From NCBI GenBank assembly GCA_038733315.1, contig JAVYPJ010000001.1, forward strand, positions 39,863 to 103,862: a stretch of 64,000 nt of DNA, in the 5' to 3' direction. The translations under genes and the position numbers were made by a program. Each line of letters begins with the position of its first letter. Positions within the stretch are counted from its first letter, which is position 1. A model generated the notes under the pieces. It made no database searches. It saw only the letters and a program-made list of their open reading frames with translations, and was not told where the DNA came from. The DNA is from Candidatus Aenigmatarchaeota archaeon (GTDB lineage Archaea > Aenigmatarchaeota > Aenigmatarchaeia > CG10238-14 > SpSt-28). Positions 50,352 to 59,806 of the stretch are shown piece by piece.

Positions 50352-51332
50352 ATGGGTAGCGAATTCGTAGTTTGGGCAGAAAAATATAGGCCAAATAAAA
50401 TAGATGATTTAATAAATCAGGAGCATGTGAAAGAAAGAGTAAAAATGTTTTTAAAAGAAAAAAATTTGCCACATATGTTATTTGCAGGTCCACCTGGAAC
50501 TGGAAAAACTACGTTAGCTTTAATAATTGCTAAGGAATTATATGGAGAAAATTGGAAAGCAAATGTTTTAGAATTAAATGCTTCTGATGAAAGGGGAATA
50601 GATGTTATTAGAGGAAAAGTAAAAGAATTTGCGAGAACAAAAGCTATTGGAGATGTTCCTTTCAAAATAATTATAATGGACGAAGCAGATGCATTAACTC
50701 AAGAAGCTCAGCAAGCATTAAGAAGAACTATGGAAGATTTTTCCTCAATTACAAGATTTATATTATGCTGCAATTATTCTTCTAAAATTATTGAACCTAT
50801 ACAATCTAGATGTGCTGTATTTAGATTTAAAGCTTTGCCAGAGAAGGCTCAAAAAGAGTTTATAGATAGAATTGTTAAAGGAGAAAAAATAGAAATAGAT
50901 GAAAAGGCAATAGAAGCTATAATTAATATTGCTGAAGGTGATTTAAGAAAAGTTGCAAATTTACTACAAGCAGCTGCATCTATAACTAAAAAAATTACTG
51001 CAGATGTTATCTATGAAGTTGCATCTCTAGCTAAACCAAAAGAAATTGAAGAAATGTTAAATTTAGCTTTAAGCGGTATTACAGAAAATTTTCAGAAAGC
51101 TAGAGAAAAGCTAATCAACTTTATAATAAAAGAGGGTTTGGCTGGAGAAGATTTAATAAAAGAAATTTATAGACAAGCTTTAAAATTAAATGTTCCTGAT
51201 GAGAAAAAAATTGAGATAATAGAGAAAATAGGTGAATATGAGTTTAGGATTAGTGAAGGTGGAGATGCTCTAATTCAATTAACAGCGTTATTAGCTCAGA
51301 TAGCTCTTATAGGAAAGTCTGTTAAAAAATGA
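50352..51332 (+). CDS. rfcS: Replication factor C small subunit
   Basis: [33 protein letters not shown]; no intein. Confidence 0.96.
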   Translation: MGSEFVVWAEKYRPNKIDDLINQEHVKERVKMFLKEKNLPHMLFAGPPGTGKTTLALIIAKELYGENWKANVLELNASDERGIDVIRGKVKEFARTKAIGDVPFKIIIMDEADALTQEAQQALRRTMEDFSSITRFILCCNYSSKIIEPIQSRCAVFRFKALPEKAQKEFIDRIVKGEKIEIDEKAIEAIINIAEGDLRKVANLLQAAASITKKITADVIYEVASLAKPKEIEEMLNLALSGITENFQKAREKLINFIIKEGLAGEDLIKEIYRQALKLNVPDEKKIEIIEKIGEYEFRISEGGDALIQLTALLAQIALIGKSVKK

Positions 51333-51529
51333 TTGATAAAGAGTTGTTAGAAATTTTGGCTTGCCCAAAATGTAAAGGAGATTTAGAGTTAAAAAATATG
51401 TTTTTAGTTTGTAATAATTGTAAGCTTGCCTTTCCTATTTTAGATGATGTTCCAGATTTACTTTTAGAAGATGCTTGGAAATTAGAGGATGCTGAAAAAA
51501 ATGATTTTAAGCATGATTTACATCTTTAG
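51329..51529 (+). CDS. Trm112-family protein
   Basis: [12 protein letters not shown]...C..C...FPI...P.LL. Confidence 0.88.
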   Translation: MIDKELLEILACPKCKGDLELKNMFLVCNNCKLAFPILDDVPDLLLEDAWKLEDAEKNDFKHDLHL

Positions 51530-52324
51530 TTAAAAAACTAAGCTACTCTGAGCTTTCTTAAACAAATTTCTAGCCTTTTCATAAATTTTCATATCGTTAA
51601 TCGGTAGCCATATGTCGTGAGAAACAAACATGCTATATAGTTTTTTCTCTTTTGATAGCATTGGCAATATTATTTCTTCAAATTCTATAGCTTTTGGCTC
51701 TTCCAAATCTATGTAATCATCTATCATATCAGTAACTTCTTTTTCTAATAAATACATTCCTATGGAAACGAAAACATTCATTAAAGGCTTCTCAACAAAA
51801 TCTACAACAAAATTATTCTCAACTTTTGCTACTCCAAACGGAAATTCTGAACCATTAGTCAATACTATTGTTCCCAATATTCCATACCTTCTGTTTGCTT
51901 CTAAATGAGTTAATAGAAGTTTTATTGGTAAGAAATTATCTAATTTTAAATCATCTGGAAATGTTATTATTATTCTCTCTCTTTTTAAAACTCCTGTTTC
52001 AAAAGCATATTTTAATGCCTTCCCTTTCCCCCAATTATCTGTTTTTGGGTCTATTGAGATTTCGTAGTTTATTTTTTCTTTATATTTTTTATTTTCTATG
52101 TGCTCTATTATTTGGTCTGCATATTTTCCTAAGATAAATACAAAGTTTTTGAATCCACAATTAAAATAAAATTCTATTTCTCTGTCTAAAAGCGTATAGC
52201 CATCGCTAAGTTCTAAGAGAGCTTTTGGTTTATCTATATTCATTCTTTTACCACTTCCACCAGCCATTATAACAACTCTTATTTTCCTTATTTCACTATC
52301 TATTTCTTTAAATGCCGTTACCAT
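51530..52324 (-). CDS. Sugar-phosphate nucleotidyltransferase family protein
   Basis: IMAGGSGKRM...PKAL, FGVA...FVEKP. Confidence 0.85.
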   Translation of the reverse strand: MVTAFKEIDSEIRKIRVVIMAGGSGKRMNIDKPKALLELSDGYTLLDREIEFYFNCGFKNFVFILGKYADQIIEHIENKKYKEKINYEISIDPKTDNWGKGKALKYAFETGVLKRERIIITFPDDLKLDNFLPIKLLLTHLEANRRYGILGTIVLTNGSEFPFGVAKVENNFVVDFVEKPLMNVFVSIGMYLLEKEVTDMIDDYIDLEEPKAIEFEEIILPMLSKEKKLYSMFVSHDIWLPINDMKIYEKARNLFKKAQSSLVF

Positions 52325-52361
52325 ATTATTAAAATATATATTTTAGACTTTATTTTATTTA

Positions 52362-52769
52362 ATGATACTTGGCTATTCAATAACATATATAAATGCGGAA
52401 AAAATTGAAATAAAAGAAAATGTAAACAAACTAGATATAAATACTTCGCTAAGTATAAAAAACGTTCAGGAAATGAAAATTCAGCAAGAAAAAAAACAGC
52501 AAAAAGTTTTAAAGGTTGATTTTGAGTTTTTAGTTAACTACAATCCAAAAATTGCTGATATTAGAATTGAAGGCTATTTAATTTATTCTGGTAAAGATGT
52601 TGATGAAATATTAGAGAAATGGCAAAAAGATAAAAAAATTGAGAATAAAGATTTTGAAATAGAAACTAAAAACTTTATACTTAGAAGGGGTTTAATATTA
52701 TCTACTTTTCTAAGTGAGTATTTAGCTGTTCATCCTCCAATACCAATGCCACAAATAGTTCCTAAGTAA
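52362..52769 (+). CDS. Conserved archaeal hypothetical protein (possibly SecB-like fold)
   Basis: FEFLVNYNPKIADIRIEG...PPIPMP pattern. Confidence 0.6.
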   Translation: MILGYSITYINAEKIEIKENVNKLDINTSLSIKNVQEMKIQQEKKQQKVLKVDFEFLVNYNPKIADIRIEGYLIYSGKDVDEILEKWQKDKKIENKDFEIETKNFILRRGLILSTFLSEYLAVHPPIPMPQIVPK

Positions 52770-53236
52770 TGAATCTGGAATTTTTGATAGAAACCTTTTC
52801 ATACTTTGGTTTTTTTCTTTCTGGTCTAATAAGCTCTTCAACTATTTTTTTTCCAGTGCCAATTTATTTTGTAATAGCTTTTGCAGATAAATTTGGTTTT
52901 AATCCTATAATAGTTGCTTTTTTAACTGCCTTAGGAGCTTCTATTGGAGAGATTACCTCTTATTTAGTTGGAGCTGGAACATCGTTTTATGCTTGGAAAA
53001 AAATTAGAAAAAGTAAAAATTATAAGATTGCTGTTAACTTTTTCAAAAAATATGGTGGACTTGCAATAATATTATTTGCAATAACTCCTTTACCTTTTGA
53101 TGTTATAGGTATTCTCTGTGGATTTCTAAGATATGATATTAAAAAATTTCTGATAATAACTTTTATAGGAAAGTTAATACAGATGTTTATTATAATTTTA
53201 TTGGGAGAGGTTGCAATCAATTACTTAGGATGGTAA
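52769..53236 (+). CDS. VTT/DedA (SNARE-associated) membrane protein
   Basis: GASIGEITSYLVG, FAITPLPFD, FIGK. Confidence 0.85.
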   Translation: MNLEFLIETFSYFGFFLSGLISSSTIFFPVPIYFVIAFADKFGFNPIIVAFLTALGASIGEITSYLVGAGTSFYAWKKIRKSKNYKIAVNFFKKYGGLAIILFAITPLPFDVIGILCGFLRYDIKKFLIITFIGKLIQMFIIILLGEVAINYLGW

Positions 53237-53580
53237 GAGAAATTAAACAAGTTATTGTTATAAGAAATGACTTAGAAATGGGTAAAGGAAAAATGGTTGC
53301 TCAAGCATGTCATGCAAGCATAGAGGCATATAAAAAAGCTCCTCTCTATTTTAAAATTCTTTGGAAATTTTTTGGAAATAAAAAAGTTGTTCTTAAAGTT
53401 AATAGCTTAGATGAGTTAATAGAAGTTTTTAAAAAAACAAAAGAAATGAAACTACCATATGCGTTAATTAGAGATGCTGGAAAAACTCAGCTAAAGGAAG
53501 GAACAATTACTTGCATTGCAATTGGCCCCTACTACTCAGAAAAGATTGATAAAGTTACTGGAAATTTAAAATTATTATGA
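53230..53580 (+). CDS. pth2: Peptidyl-tRNA hydrolase 2
   Basis: KQVIVIRNDLEMGKGKMVAQACHA, DAGKTQ, GNLKLL. Confidence 0.96.
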   Translation: MVREIKQVIVIRNDLEMGKGKMVAQACHASIEAYKKAPLYFKILWKFFGNKKVVLKVNSLDELIEVFKKTKEMKLPYALIRDAGKTQLKEGTITCIAIGPYYSEKIDKVTGNLKLL

Positions 53581-53696
53581 GGAGAAAATCAAAAAGAAAG
53601 ATTAAAAAAGAGTTGGAAGAGTTTGCACTTAAAGAGTTTTATAGGATTATAAAGAGGATTAGAAAGAATGAAAAGAAATTAAAATATATTGGTTAA
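53577..53696 (+). CDS. Putative 39-aa basic peptide ending in YIG (not in the ORF track)
   Basis: ATGA overlap with the pth2 stop; translates MRRKSKRKIKKELEEFALKEFYRIIKRIRKNEKKLKYIG; fills the whole pth2-cdc48 gap. Confidence 0.5.
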   Translation: MRRKSKRKIKKELEEFALKEFYRIIKRIRKNEKKLKYIG

Positions 53697-53713
53697 GAGT
53701 TTAACCGATATAT
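53684..53713. terminator. Hairpin between convergent stop codons; possible bidirectional terminator
   Basis: atatattggttaa-gagt-ttaaccgatatat, 13-bp stem with one T:G pair. Confidence 0.45.
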
Positions 53714-55989
53714 CTTTCTGTTTTTCTTTCTGTCTCCATTACTCTCTTCTTTAACCTTTCTTCAAATCTCTTGTAAAACTCTACCATTTCCTTAGTAATA
53801 GAAGGTTTAACAATTTCTAATGCTTTTTCAAAATGAATTGTTTTAACTACCATTTTCTCTGGCTCTATCTTTTTATCCATAAATTCTCTTAAAGCCATTA
53901 TTGCAGCCTCTTTACATATAGCTTCCAGATCTGCTCCTGTATATCCTTCGGTTTTTTCAGCTATTTTTTCTAAGTTTACATCCTTATCTAATGGCATGTT
54001 TCTTGTGTGGATTTTTAGAATTTCTAATCTAGCTTTGACATCTGGTGGAGGCACAAAAATTAGTCTGTCAAATCTTCCTGGTCTTAATAATGCGGGATCT
54101 AATATATCTGGCCTATTAGTTGCTGCTATAACAACTACATTTTTCAAATCTTTTATTCCACTCATTTCTGTTAATAATTGTGCTACTACATTTTCAGTTA
54201 CTCTTGTTCCAACTTCTAAACCTCTTATTGGCGCAACTGCATCTATTTCATCTATAAAAATTACGCTTGGTGCAACCTCTCTCGCTCTTCTAAATATTTC
54301 CCTTATTGCTCTTTCGCTTTCTCCAACCCATTTACTAAATATTTCAGGTCCTTTAATCGCAATAAAATTTGCTCCACTTTCGTTTGCAACTGCCTTAGCT
54401 AATAATGTTTTTCCTGTTCCTGGTGGGCCATATAGTAATACTCCTTTTGGTGGTTCTATTCCTAATCTTTCGAAATATTTCGGATGTTTTAATGGCCACT
54501 CAACAATTTCTCTTAATTTTTGTTTTACCTCTTCTAAACCACCAATATCTTCCCATTTAACATTTGGAACTTCTACAAAAACCTCTCTCATTGCACTTGG
54601 TTGAACAATCCTTAATGCATGCTCAAAATCTTCTTTTTTAACTACTAACTTTTCTAAAACTTCTTTTGGAATTTCTCCCTCTTTATAATTCTGAATTTCT
54701 GGCAAAACTCTTCTTAATGCATGCATAGCTGCTTCTTTACATAAAGCTGCTAAATCTGCACCTACATATCCATAAGTTATTTCAGCTATTTTTTCTAAGT
54801 TTACATCCTTATCTAATGGCATGTTTCTTGTGTGGATTTTTAGAATTTCTAATCTTCCTTTAGCATCTGGTGGTGGAACTTCTATTTCTCTATCAAACCT
54901 TCCAGGCCTTCTTAATGCAGGGTCTAATGCATTTGGCCTATTTGTTGCTCCTATAACAATAACTTTTCCTCTACCTTTTAATCCATCCATTAATGCTAAT
55001 AATTGAGCTACTATTCTTTTTTCAACTTCCCCAACAACTTCTTCTCTTTTTGGAGCGACTGCATCTATTTCATCTATAAAAATTATGCTTGGAGCACTCT
55101 TTTCTGCTTCTTCAAAAATTTCTCTTAACCTTTTTTCACTTTCTCCAAACCATTTACTCATTATTTCTGGACCATTAATCGCAATAAAATTTGCTCCACT
55201 TTCGTTTGCAACTGCCTTAGCTAATAATGTTTTTCCTGTTCCTGGTGGGCCATATAGTAATACTCCTTTTGGTGGTTCTATTCCTAATCTTTCGAAAATT
55301 TCTGGATGTGTTAAAGGTAGCTCAACAATTTCTCTTAATTTTTGTTTTACTTCTTCTAAATCTCCAATGTCTTCCCAGGTTATTCTTGGTATTCCTTTTT
55401 CTTCTACTTCAATAGTTTTTGGCCTTTCCTTTAAAACATCTATTACTGTTTCTTCTCCAACAACAACAATTCCGCTTGGGTCTGTATTAACTACGTAAAA
55501 AGTTATTTGGGGAAAAGGGCTAAAAAATAGAAAGTCCTCTACTTCTTCTCCAAAGATTGAAGATAGAAAATCGTCTCTCCTTTTATATATAGGGGAAGGT
55601 ACTACAAAATCTCCTTTAACTAAGGGTCTTTTTAATAAACTCTGCTTTAAATAAGAAATGCTAGCTGTAAACATTTTTTCTTCAGCTGGGGCTAAAACTA
55701 TTTTTTTAGCGATTTTGTATTCTGCTTTTCTTACTTTTACACTTTCTCCAACAGAAACCTTAGCGTTTCTTCTTGTAATTCCATCCATTCTTATTATGTT
55801 TAAACCTATATCTGCAGGATAAGCTCTTAAAGCAATAGCAGCTGTCTTTCTTTTTCCTTCTATTTCAACTATCTCCCCTTCTCTAACTCCTATTTTTAAT
55901 AAATTGCTTGAATCAATTCTAACAATTCCTTTATAAGATTCTTCTTTTGCAGTTAATTCTCCCACTCTTAACATAAGCTCTTCTGGCAT
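53701..55989 (-). CDS. cdc48: CDC48/VAT AAA+ ATPase
   Basis: N domain plus two AAA domains ([24 protein letters not shown]). Confidence 0.97.
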   Translation of the reverse strand: MPEELMLRVGELTAKEESYKGIVRIDSSNLLKIGVREGEIVEIEGKRKTAAIALRAYPADIGLNIIRMDGITRRNAKVSVGESVKVRKAEYKIAKKIVLAPAEEKMFTASISYLKQSLLKRPLVKGDFVVPSPIYKRRDDFLSSIFGEEVEDFLFFSPFPQITFYVVNTDPSGIVVVGEETVIDVLKERPKTIEVEEKGIPRITWEDIGDLEEVKQKLREIVELPLTHPEIFERLGIEPPKGVLLYGPPGTGKTLLAKAVANESGANFIAINGPEIMSKWFGESEKRLREIFEEAEKSAPSIIFIDEIDAVAPKREEVVGEVEKRIVAQLLALMDGLKGRGKVIVIGATNRPNALDPALRRPGRFDREIEVPPPDAKGRLEILKIHTRNMPLDKDVNLEKIAEITYGYVGADLAALCKEAAMHALRRVLPEIQNYKEGEIPKEVLEKLVVKKEDFEHALRIVQPSAMREVFVEVPNVKWEDIGGLEEVKQKLREIVEWPLKHPKYFERLGIEPPKGVLLYGPPGTGKTLLAKAVANESGANFIAIKGPEIFSKWVGESERAIREIFRRAREVAPSVIFIDEIDAVAPIRGLEVGTRVTENVVAQLLTEMSGIKDLKNVVVIAATNRPDILDPALLRPGRFDRLIFVPPPDVKARLEILKIHTRNMPLDKDVNLEKIAEKTEGYTGADLEAICKEAAIMALREFMDKKIEPEKMVVKTIHFEKALEIVKPSITKEMVEFYKRFEERLKKRVMETERKTERYIG
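53955..55297 (-). repeat. Exact DNA repeats shared by the CDC48 D1 and D2 domains: 123 bp (54353-54475 / 55175-55297) and 76 bp (53955-54030 / 54780-54855)
   Basis: Base-by-base identical, including third codon positions. Confidence 0.9.
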
Positions 55990-56041
55990 AATATTTTAGA
56001 GTTTAAGTTTTTATTTAATAATTAATTGCATTTAATAACCC

Positions 56042-57959
56042 CTAAACTTCAATATTTACACTTTTTATTCCAACTAATAATCCGGGACATACGTCTAAAC
56101 AATAAACTTCTATTTTTTTAATTTTCCCCTTAGGTAAATCTTTTAAAGGAATTTCTAAAAAATCTCCAAGCTTAAAAGTTTCATTCAGATTTATATTTCT
56201 TGTTTCTGTTTTGTTATCTTCGTATATTAATTTTAACTGTAATTTTTTACCTAAATCAATACCTAAATTTATTATAGTTAGTTTTATTATTGGAGAGGTT
56301 TCTTCGGTCTGTAGGGAAATTGTTGGTTCTGGAGATGAATATTTAAATGGTAATACTATGCTAATACTTTCAGATGTATAATATCCTCTTTCAAAAACTA
56401 AAATCGGTTTATTTGATGCTATCCTTATTAATCCCCAAGATGTTGTTACAGAATATTCTAATTGCTGTCCTTTATTTATAGCAACATTCGTATATGTTAT
56501 AGCACCCGAAATATTAAATACTGTATTATCTTCAGTTCCAATAATTCTTACATATCTTGAACCCCTACCAACTCTAAAAACAAAATATGTTCCCGCTCCT
56601 TTTCCATTTATACTTGGAATTTGTTCAGAACCATAATTATAATAATTGCCCTCTGTATAAACTAATACAGGCTTATTTGCAACAACCTTCATTCTAACAT
56701 ACTCTGGAGCATTACTTGAAAAACTTGTTATCTGTTGTGTTCTTATATAATCTCCTTCATTTGCTAAAATTCCTGACCAATCTCCTGTAGTTCCTTCCAA
56801 ATTATCTATAATTACATTTGTATTAGGATATAAAGCTGAAACTATTGTATAGCCATGAGAATAAAAGTAATAAATTTGAGTTCCATTTGGATAAGTTCTT
56901 CCATATATAATTGTGTAAATACTATCATCTTCTAAACCAAATTGAGCTGTTACATCATATGTTGCATTTATATAATAAAATCCAGGTGTTAAACTCCCAG
57001 AATACCAGCATTGACCTTCATTTAATGTTCCACTATATACATCTTGTAAATTAGAATTTTGTACTCTAACAAAATTATTATTATCATAGCTACAAATCCA
57101 TAAATGTCTTGGAACTCTAATCCATATTTTGTTTCCATAAATACTTGTTACATCATCATCTGAATCATGATCTGGTCCTATATCATCATAAGTTAAAGAA
57201 ATTGGTTTTGTTGATTTTATATAATAAGGATAATCTGAATTACAAGTATATGATGTAGATTGGAATTTATTTAAAGCTATTGTTTGAACTAATTGCCAAG
57301 TATCACTTCTATATATTGTTATAGTATTTCCATCTTCGTAAGAAACTATTCTAAATGCTGTTCCATTTCCAGTACTAACATTCAAACATGTAGAATAAAA
57401 CTCTGTTCCAATATAATTTGGAGTAATTAAGGAAAAATCTTGTTGAGAGTTAGCATTAGGATTTCCATAATACAAATAAATTATTTTTTGAGAATTAGCA
57501 GGAATGTTTGGTACTTTTACCCAAATTCTCGTATTATTTGTATTACAAGTATTTGGCTCTATCCAATAATTTAGTAAAGTAATTCCATCACTATCTGTAA
57601 ATCTAATATCTCCACAATCACTTCTCATTTTTCCTTGAGAAATCAATTCTTGAGTATTTATTGTTACTAAAATTTGATAATCTTCTAAATTCTCTGAATT
57701 CTGAGTATTATTTATTATTATAGGAATTCTATATTTAAAATCTTTATTAGCATTAAAATCTATTCTTGCCTTTGAACATTCTATAATTGATTTTATTGGA
57801 GAGGTTTCTTCAGTTTTTGTTTCTAAATAAGAAACGTAGCCAGAAAAATAAAGATATAATGTAACTCCAATTCCTATTGTTAAAGCAACTAAAATAACTG
57901 TAGCTACATATACGGAAATTAATTTTTTTAAGCTCGAATTTTTATATATATATATTCAT
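56042..57959 (-). CDS. Type IV pilin-like (class III signal) protein carrying DUF2341 and IgGFc-binding-like repeats; ATG out of frame across (AT)6
   Basis: Frame stays open from 57646 up to 57955: KKLISVYVATVILVALTIGIG...YRIPIIINN...DYQILVTINT...MRSDCGDIRFTDSDG; four I.S..D.N/T...I.S.KPI repeats. Confidence 0.75.
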
Positions 57960-58023
57960 GTTTAATTTCATGTAATTTAATTTTACCGAAACTCATAAAA
58001 ATAAAAATTATTTTATTTTTTAT

Positions 58024-59781
58024 TTATTTTGATAAGCTATTTACTAAAATATTGCCAATATCTTTTTCATATTCTTTAATTTTCTTTAAAACACCCGATA
58101 AAAAACTTTTAGCTTCATTTAAAACATTTTCCAAAGAATTTTTTCCCTCTATTATTTCATCTGTCTTCTTTTCAAATTCCCTTGTTAGCTTTTCGCTCAA
58201 AATTTCTGGACAGTATTTAAGGAAAGTTTCTACAACAGCTTTTCCTAAGCTTGTGATTTTCATTTTATCGTTAACTATATAGCCCCTATCATACAAAGTC
58301 TTAACTATTTCAGCCCTAGTAGTTTTAGTCCCTAAGTTCCTTGCCTCTAATTCTTTTATTAAGCTTGCTCTAGTATATCTTGCAGGAGGTTTAGTCTTTT
58401 CTTCAATCAATTTTAAATCCTTTACCGAAATTTCTTCAGATAAACTTAACTTAGGTAATAAATCTTCTTGAAGATTCAAAAATTTTTTATAAATTTTTAT
58501 CCAGTTTTCTTTTACTGTCTGATGAAAAACATTTTGAAAAAAGAAGTTATCAATCTTTGCAACTATTTTAATACTTTTTCTTATCGCTGGCTTATGTAAA
58601 CAAACTAAAAACCTTCTAACTATTAAATCATAGAGTAAAACCTCTTGTTTTGATAATTCTTTATATTTTGGTATTTCATCTGTAGGAATTATTGCAGGAT
58701 GTGCAGGATCTTCTTTTTTTCCTTCAGTAACTTCAATTTTATCGAACGATAAAATTTCTTTAACTAAATAACTATAAAATGGGATTTCGCTAAGAGAATT
58801 TAAAATTGGGAAAATGTTTATTCCTTTTAGTTTTTGAGAAGAAGATCTGGGATAAGAAATATATCCTTTTAAATATAAGCTTTCTGCAATTTTTAAAGTA
58901 TATTCTGGCTTAAAGCCAAAAGCATAATAAGCTTCTTCTTGTAAATCTGTAGTGTTAAATGGTGGTAAGGGATTTAATTTATATTCTTCTTCTTTAATCT
59001 GAATTAATCTACATTTTTTACCTTTACACTTTTCAAATATTTCTTTTGCCTTATTTAAATCCTTAATTTTTTCTTCTATATAAAAAACGAAAAATTCTAT
59101 TCCATCTTTTTCAAGAATTGCCTTAATTTTATAATATTTTTCTGGTTTAAAATTTTCAATTTCCTTTTCCCTTAAATAAACTAAATATAAAGCTGGTCCT
59201 TGAACTCTACCTATTGATAAAATTTTTTTCTCATTCGAAACTCTTCTTAAACTAATCATTAAAGCTCTTGACAAATTAATCCCCCAATACCAATCTAAAT
59301 AATGCCTTGCTAATCCCGCATTTACTTGATTAATTTCAAATTCAATAAGATTATTAAAAGATTTTATTAACTCATTTTTTGCTAAGGTGCTAAACTTCAT
59401 TCTTTTTATTTCTTTATCTAAGCCTATTAAATATCTTATTATATTCCATGCAATTACATATCCTTCAATATCGTAATCAGTTGCTACAATAACTTTATTT
59501 ACATCTTTTGCCAAATTTTTTATTAATTTTGCAAATTTTTCTGCTTTATTATCAACTATTTCCCAATCTGCATTAAAAATTGGATAATCGAAAAAATTGT
59601 TTTGGGGTTCTAATTTATATAAATGACCTAATGCAGAAACAACATAATAAACTTTGTTATTATAATAAGAAACAAAATAAGGAACTTTGTTAGAAAAAAT
59701 AATTTTACACTTAGGAAATAAACTGTATGCAATTTTCTTCATAGCTGTAGGTTTTTCAGCTAATATTAGAATTTTCTCCAT
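58024..59781 (-). CDS. topA: Type IA DNA topoisomerase lacking C-terminal Zn ribbons
   Basis: ILAEKP, ATDYDIEG, SIGRVQGP, ISYPRS, AHPAI, LGTKTTR. Confidence 0.93.
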   Translation of the reverse strand: MEKILILAEKPTAMKKIAYSLFPKCKIIFSNKVPYFVSYYNNKVYYVVSALGHLYKLEPQNNFFDYPIFNADWEIVDNKAEKFAKLIKNLAKDVNKVIVATDYDIEGYVIAWNIIRYLIGLDKEIKRMKFSTLAKNELIKSFNNLIEFEINQVNAGLARHYLDWYWGINLSRALMISLRRVSNEKKILSIGRVQGPALYLVYLREKEIENFKPEKYYKIKAILEKDGIEFFVFYIEEKIKDLNKAKEIFEKCKGKKCRLIQIKEEEYKLNPLPPFNTTDLQEEAYYAFGFKPEYTLKIAESLYLKGYISYPRSSSQKLKGINIFPILNSLSEIPFYSYLVKEILSFDKIEVTEGKKEDPAHPAIIPTDEIPKYKELSKQEVLLYDLIVRRFLVCLHKPAIRKSIKIVAKIDNFFFQNVFHQTVKENWIKIYKKFLNLQEDLLPKLSLSEEISVKDLKLIEEKTKPPARYTRASLIKELEARNLGTKTTRAEIVKTLYDRGYIVNDKMKITSLGKAVVETFLKYCPEILSEKLTREFEKKTDEIIEGKNSLENVLNEAKSFLSGVLKKIKEYEKDIGNILVNSLSK

Positions 59782-59806
59782 ATTTTTAAATCGAATAAAA
59801 TATTTT

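Noticed and set aside
53996..55498. Long plus-strand ORFs (202, 61, 137 and 62 aa)
   Set aside because: Antisense or off-frame shadows of cdc48; their mutual similarity just mirrors the D1/D2 repeats.
59687..59806. N-terminal extension of the 762-aa ORF
   Set aside because: It overlaps topA on the opposite strand from a TTG; ATG at 59807 is the more plausible start.
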